This document shows, in pieces, positions 16,904 through 20,000 of a stretch of DNA of 20,000 nucleotides. The first letter of the stretch is position 1, and each line of letters begins with the position of its first letter. The position numbers were made by a program, and so were the translations under genes. The notes under the pieces were generated by a model. The model had not been told where the DNA came from and searched no databases. It worked only from the letters and a program-made list of their open reading frames with translations. The DNA comes from an uncultured virus (IMG/VR IMGVR_UViG_3300043037_000115) (lineage: Duplodnaviria > Heunggongvirae > Uroviricota > Caudoviricetes). The DNA is taken from the IMG/VR virus record IMGVR_UViG_3300043037_000115. One strand, 5' to 3'.

Positions 16904-17063
16904 TGGGGCATCCACCGATAGCAGATTGGTTTTTATCGCTGTACCGGCGATGACTACAAAACGGTCGGGGCGCTGGCTGCTTAGACCTTGCCTGGCGTTA
17001 TGCTATTGCTCTTAGCGTATCCTTGCTCTCGCAGCAGGTTAGAATTGCTAGGTGGATGCTCTA
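16904..17063 (+). ncRNA. Retron msr-msd non-coding RNA
   Basis: GCATCCACC (16908-16916) and GGTGGATGC (17051-17059) form a perfect IR, extendable outward with G-U pairs to 16904/17063 and inward by TAGCA/TGCTA (16919-16923/17046-17050). Unpaired G16924 follows the stem. Internal hairpins at 16933-16953 and 16999-17019. Ends 20 nt before the RT start. Confidence 0.85.
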
Positions 17064-17083
17064 TTTCTCCTACTGGGGCAAAA

Positions 17084-18907
17084 ATGGATAAAGCGACAAT
17101 CAAGGATTTCCAATCTCTCAATACTCTGAAAGACTTGGCTTACTTTCTGGGCTTTGCCCCAAAGAGACTCAGCTATATCCTGTACAAGCTGGGCGGAGGC
17201 CCAAACGGCCAGTATAGCGAGTTCAAGATCAAGAAACGATCCGGGGGGCAAAGAACTATTGCCGCTCCCCATACAGGGCTGAAAGAAGTCCAGAAGAAAC
17301 TCGCCGTTAAACTCCAAGATATTTACATGGCCAAAAAGCCTGTGCATGGTTTTGTTCGCAAGAGGACCATATTGACCAATGCCCAAAACCACTCTCGGAA
17401 AAAGTATCTATTTAATATTGATTTAAAAGATTTTTTTCCTTCGATCCACTTCGGAAGGGTAAAGGGTTTGTTCATTGCAAAGCCTTATGCGCTTAAAAGA
17501 GAAGTAGCTATTCTTATCACCAAAATATCGTGCTTTAATGATGTCCTTCCTCAAGGCTCGCCATGCTCCCCTGTTATTTCAAACTTGATTTGCGCTTACA
17601 TGGACAAACAGCTTGGTGACTTGGCTAAAGACTGTGGCTGCTTTTACACGAGGTATGCTGACGATTTGACCTTTTCAACTAACAGGTCAGATTTTCCCGA
17701 AGATATTGCAGTGCTTAATGGAGGCGGATGGGAACCAAGCCCTAGGCTTTTAGGGCTTATCACTGCACATAGCTTCGAGGTGAATGAAAAAAAGACGTCC
17801 ATGCGAACTCGATCCGATCGCCAACTCGTGACTGGCATTGTGGTGAATGAGTACCCAAACGTTCAGCGGAAATTGATCAAGCAAGTTCGTTCAATGCTCC
17901 ACGATTGGAAAGTAAATGGCCTCGACAAAGCACAAGAGAAATATGTTAATAGTTTTGATCTTGCCAACCGAGTACCGTCTAAGCATGCTAACGTAAACTT
18001 TCCCAATGTGGTCAGGGGTAAGCTGGAGCATATTCGTCAAGTGCGTACTTACCGAGTTGATGTGCTGAACAAGATTGAAGTGCAAGAATGCATTAGGCAG
18101 AGAATCAAAATTCCGCGGAAAAGCAATCAACTCTCTATTTACAATGATCGTCAATACTATAAGTATTTTAATAGGTTTGAGCAGTTGTCCATAAGGGACT
18201 GCGGAGTACCAACAGTTCTGGGTGAGGGGGAAACGGACTGGATGCATCTGCGCAAAGCTTTTAAGCATTTTAAAGGTAACGGCGACTATTCCGATTTATA
18301 TTTGAACATCCACAAACAAAAAGAGTATGCAATCAGTGGGCAAGCCGGTCTTGTGAAATTCTGTAATGAGTCTAATAACCTATACGTATCATTTCCAAAG
18401 CCTGTGATTTGCGTTTTTGACAGTGACATTCTAGATATCAACAAAAAGCACGCAGCAGAAGAGAAAGGTTACATCGACTACGGCAACAATGTGTACTCGA
18501 TAGTCTTGCCCAGACCACCGCACAGAACGACTGAGACATTCGCGATTGAGCAGCTATATAAAAACGCCGACCTACAAAAATCTGATAAGCACGGGCGGAG
18601 AATATTCTTAACTTCTGAATTTGACTATAAGACAGGAAGGCATAAAGACGATCCAACCATAGAATATGGTAAGAGAGCACGCGACGGAAAGTCCATGAAA
18701 ACGCTGTCCAGTAACGACGTAGAAAAAAATGAAAAAGTGCTTGATAGTCTCGTTAGCACTGTGGTTGGAGGCAAACGGAAAAGCTTAGCTCTTTCCAAAA
18801 TGGATTTTGCAATAAAGATAATGCGTGAAGAAGCACCTTTTACAGGAATAGATTACTCGGGGTTCAAAGCTACTTTCGATCTCATCCAGAAAATATGTAG
18901 CTTATAG
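17084..18907 (+). CDS. Retron reverse transcriptase fused to a C-terminal TOPRIM (OLD-like) nuclease, Ec67/Eco2-like (type I-C), 607 aa
   Basis: RT motifs KKRSGG.R.I.AP, HGF, region X NAQNH, IDLKDFF.SI, LPQGSPCSP, YTRYADD and region Y VTG; TOPRIM motifs EGETD and FDSD, then IEQLY and IDYSGF...FD.I. ATG 17084 is preferred over TTG 16988, which lies inside the ncRNA. Confidence 0.93.
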   Translation: MDKATIKDFQSLNTLKDLAYFLGFAPKRLSYILYKLGGGPNGQYSEFKIKKRSGGQRTIAAPHTGLKEVQKKLAVKLQDIYMAKKPVHGFVRKRTILTNAQNHSRKKYLFNIDLKDFFPSIHFGRVKGLFIAKPYALKREVAILITKISCFNDVLPQGSPCSPVISNLICAYMDKQLGDLAKDCGCFYTRYADDLTFSTNRSDFPEDIAVLNGGGWEPSPRLLGLITAHSFEVNEKKTSMRTRSDRQLVTGIVVNEYPNVQRKLIKQVRSMLHDWKVNGLDKAQEKYVNSFDLANRVPSKHANVNFPNVVRGKLEHIRQVRTYRVDVLNKIEVQECIRQRIKIPRKSNQLSIYNDRQYYKYFNRFEQLSIRDCGVPTVLGEGETDWMHLRKAFKHFKGNGDYSDLYLNIHKQKEYAISGQAGLVKFCNESNNLYVSFPKPVICVFDSDILDINKKHAAEEKGYIDYGNNVYSIVLPRPPHRTTETFAIEQLYKNADLQKSDKHGRRIFLTSEFDYKTGRHKDDPTIEYGKRARDGKSMKTLSSNDVEKNEKVLDSLVSTVVGGKRKSLALSKMDFAIKIMREEAPFTGIDYSGFKATFDLIQKICSL

Positions 18908-19030
18908 CTCAAAACGGCACACCAACTCGGCTAACCACTTGGCGAACTGAAAGCCTTTAAATCTGTAACTGATGAGATATATGTTGATGACTGTCAGTAT
19001 TGCGCACAGCCCCGTGATGAAGAGCACTAC

Positions 19031-19471
19031 TCACCAATCAACCCGCTCCATCTCCTCCCGCACACTCTCAGCCGTCACCCGAATCGGCTGACGGAGATGC
19101 CTGACGAGCACCCCTTCATCAACGAGCTTACGTACAGTACGCTCGGAGACATTCAGACAATAGGCGGCCTCATCGACGCGCAACAGCGCCTTTGAGGCCA
19201 CCATTTCTTCCGGGGTAAGGAAGAAACGCTTTCCGCTGCCCTGCCGGGCCGTAGACGTCACCAGCGGCACCTGAAAGCCTGTGGGGGCCTTAGGAGTGCA
19301 ACGCCTGTTGCAACCGAGACAATGCAGGATGGGCCAACGGCAAATCCAATAGGCCCGCGAGGCATCCTTGCAGCCAAGCTGTTCGTAAACCTGCGAATCA
19401 ATCTCTCCGGCGTACTGACGGAACCCTTCGTCAAACATCTTTTTGAGCGTTCTGCACAGGGTTGCATTCAT
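19031..19471 (-). CDS. Excisionase/MerR-like HTH DNA-binding protein with Cys-containing N-terminal region; candidate late-gene activator
   Basis: C-terminal LLRVDEAAYCLNVSERTVRKLVDEGVL...IRVTAESV is an HTH_17-type motif. GAGGTG precedes ATG 19471 (alternative start 19483). Last phage gene before the late operon. Confidence 0.75.
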   Translation of the reverse strand: MNATLCRTLKKMFDEGFRQYAGEIDSQVYEQLGCKDASRAYWICRWPILHCLGCNRRCTPKAPTGFQVPLVTSTARQGSGKRFFLTPEEMVASKALLRVDEAAYCLNVSERTVRKLVDEGVLVRHLRQPIRVTAESVREEMERVDW

Positions 19472-19479
19472 GCTGCACC

Positions 19480-19812
19480 TCATGTGTGGTTTGAAATAGC
19501 GGCGGCCACGGCGCGGGCCAGCGCTCTAAAAAGCGTTTCGCATCTACGGCATCCCTGATTAGTGACGGTACACCTTGCGCATGCTGTCTCCCGTATTGCC
19601 TGATAGGCCCGCTCCTCAACGCTTACTTCCCCCCGCAAGGCCTGCCGCATTCGCTCCAGTTGACGCTCTACGTTGCCGGGATAACGGCCTTTGAGTACCA
19701 TATAGACCGTGGATCGATTGAGTTCCCCATGAGCTTTGCAGAACCGGTGTACGGTGCGATACCGAGAAGTGATTTCCTGAACGAGCTCCAGCGGTTCTGT
19801 ATCCTGCATCAT
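19480..19812 (-). CDS. Phage hypothetical DNA-binding protein with HTH-like segment and Cys cluster, 110 aa
   Basis: TVHRFCK.H.ELNRSTVYMVLKGRYPG and CARC.....CRRC; ATGA overlap with the upstream gene remnant. Confidence 0.7.
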   Translation of the reverse strand: MMQDTEPLELVQEITSRYRTVHRFCKAHGELNRSTVYMVLKGRYPGNVERQLERMRQALRGEVSVEERAYQAIRETACARCTVTNQGCRRCETLFRALARAVAAAISNHT

Positions 19813-19873
19813 GCGTTATCCGGGTCAATTCCAGCCTTTCGGCAACGGTTCTGCAGGTCCTTGGTGATGGTCT
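19809..19873 (-). pseudogene. 3' remnant of a phage gene interrupted by the IS21-family element (possibly GemA/gp16-like)
   Basis: Open frame ...TITKDLQNRCRKAGIDPDNA* from the IS junction to TGA at 19809, translationally coupled to the next gene. Identity is a guess from position and the C-terminal pattern. Confidence 0.6.
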
Positions 19874-20000
19874 TGTCAGCGGCAATGTAAAAATGACCCA
19901 CCTCGGCAACTGAAAATTGACCCGCCTTGGAAGAACTGATGCCCTCCGTCAGGAGGCGCGATGCTTACCAAGGAAGGAGTCATGGAAATTCGAATTTTGC
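19874..20000 (+). mobile_element. IS21-family insertion sequence, left end
   Basis: Starts TGTCAGC; two tandem 24-bp repeats CGGCAATGTAAAAATGACCCACCT (19880-19903) and CGGCAACTGAAAATTGACCCGCCT (19904-19927), typical of IS21 L1/L2 transposase sites. Confidence 0.88.
19961..20000 (+). CDS. istA: IS21-family transposase IstA, N-terminus (partial)
   Basis: AGGAGG (19951-19956) then ATG; MLTKEGVMEIRIL... resembles IstA N-termini. Only 13 codons are visible. Confidence 0.72.
   Translation, partial: MLTKEGVMEIRIL

Larger units (their letters stand above)
1..19873 (-). mobile_element. Mu-like (transposable) prophage, late structural and lysis region with contractile tail; extends beyond the window
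   Basis: Tightly packed, co-oriented minus-strand genes with overlapping stop/start codons in Mu-like order: gp25-gp26-terminase-portal-MuF-protease I-capsid-gp36-sheath-tube-chaperone-tape measure. Confidence 0.93.

Noticed and set aside
16988..17083. N-terminal extension of the RT from TTG 16988
   Set aside because: Lies within the msd/a2 region of the ncRNA; RT-like sequence starts at ATG 17084.
17084..18907. RT as a diversity-generating retroelement, group II intron or Abi RT
   Set aside because: Retron-specific NAxxH and VTG motifs, the a1/a2 ncRNA and the TOPRIM fusion are present. No TR/VR repeat pair, avd gene or intron domain V was seen.
18908..19030. Terminator or extra retron effector between the convergent RT and HTH genes
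   Set aside because: No convincing hairpin with U-tract and no credible ORF found by eye.
19845..19879. Outward hybrid promoter from the IS end (CTGACA on the minus strand)
   Set aside because: No -10-like hexamer 16-18 nt downstream in the flanking phage DNA.
19880..19927. 24-bp tandem repeats as a CRISPR array or Mu end transposase sites
   Set aside because: Only two adjacent copies without spacers, preceded by TGT and followed by an IstA-like start; this fits an IS21 end.

Overview
The window is the late region of a Mu-like (transposable, contractile-tailed) prophage. Almost all genes are on the minus strand in GC-rich DNA. In transcription order they are: two DNA-binding/regulatory genes, M15 peptidase endolysin, holin-like protein, gp25/gp26-like proteins, small and large terminase, portal, MuF with a C-terminal nuclease-like extension, protease/scaffold, decoration, major capsid, gp36-like adaptor, gpG-like morphogenesis protein, tail completion, sheath, tube, tail chaperones G/GT, tape measure and baseplate-proximal genes. 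An AT-richer cargo on the + strand (about 16.86-18.91 kb) is a complete Ec67-like retron: promoter, msr-msd ncRNA bounded by a1/a2 repeats, and an RT-TOPRIM fusion. An IS21-family element starts at 19874 and truncates a phage gene. The most unusual observation is a self-contained ~100-nt structured RNA unit on the + strand (sigma70-like promoter 9899-9927, terminator-like hairpin 10005-10033). It lies directly behind the MuF-nuclease gene where an immunity gene would be expected, so it is a candidate RNA antitoxin. Other notable signals are a -1 frameshift site with a perfect 12-bp stimulatory hairpin, a hairpin occluding the endolysin RBS, an internal scaffold start, and a duplicated domain in the sheath. 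All family assignments come from motif recognition by eye, not database searches.
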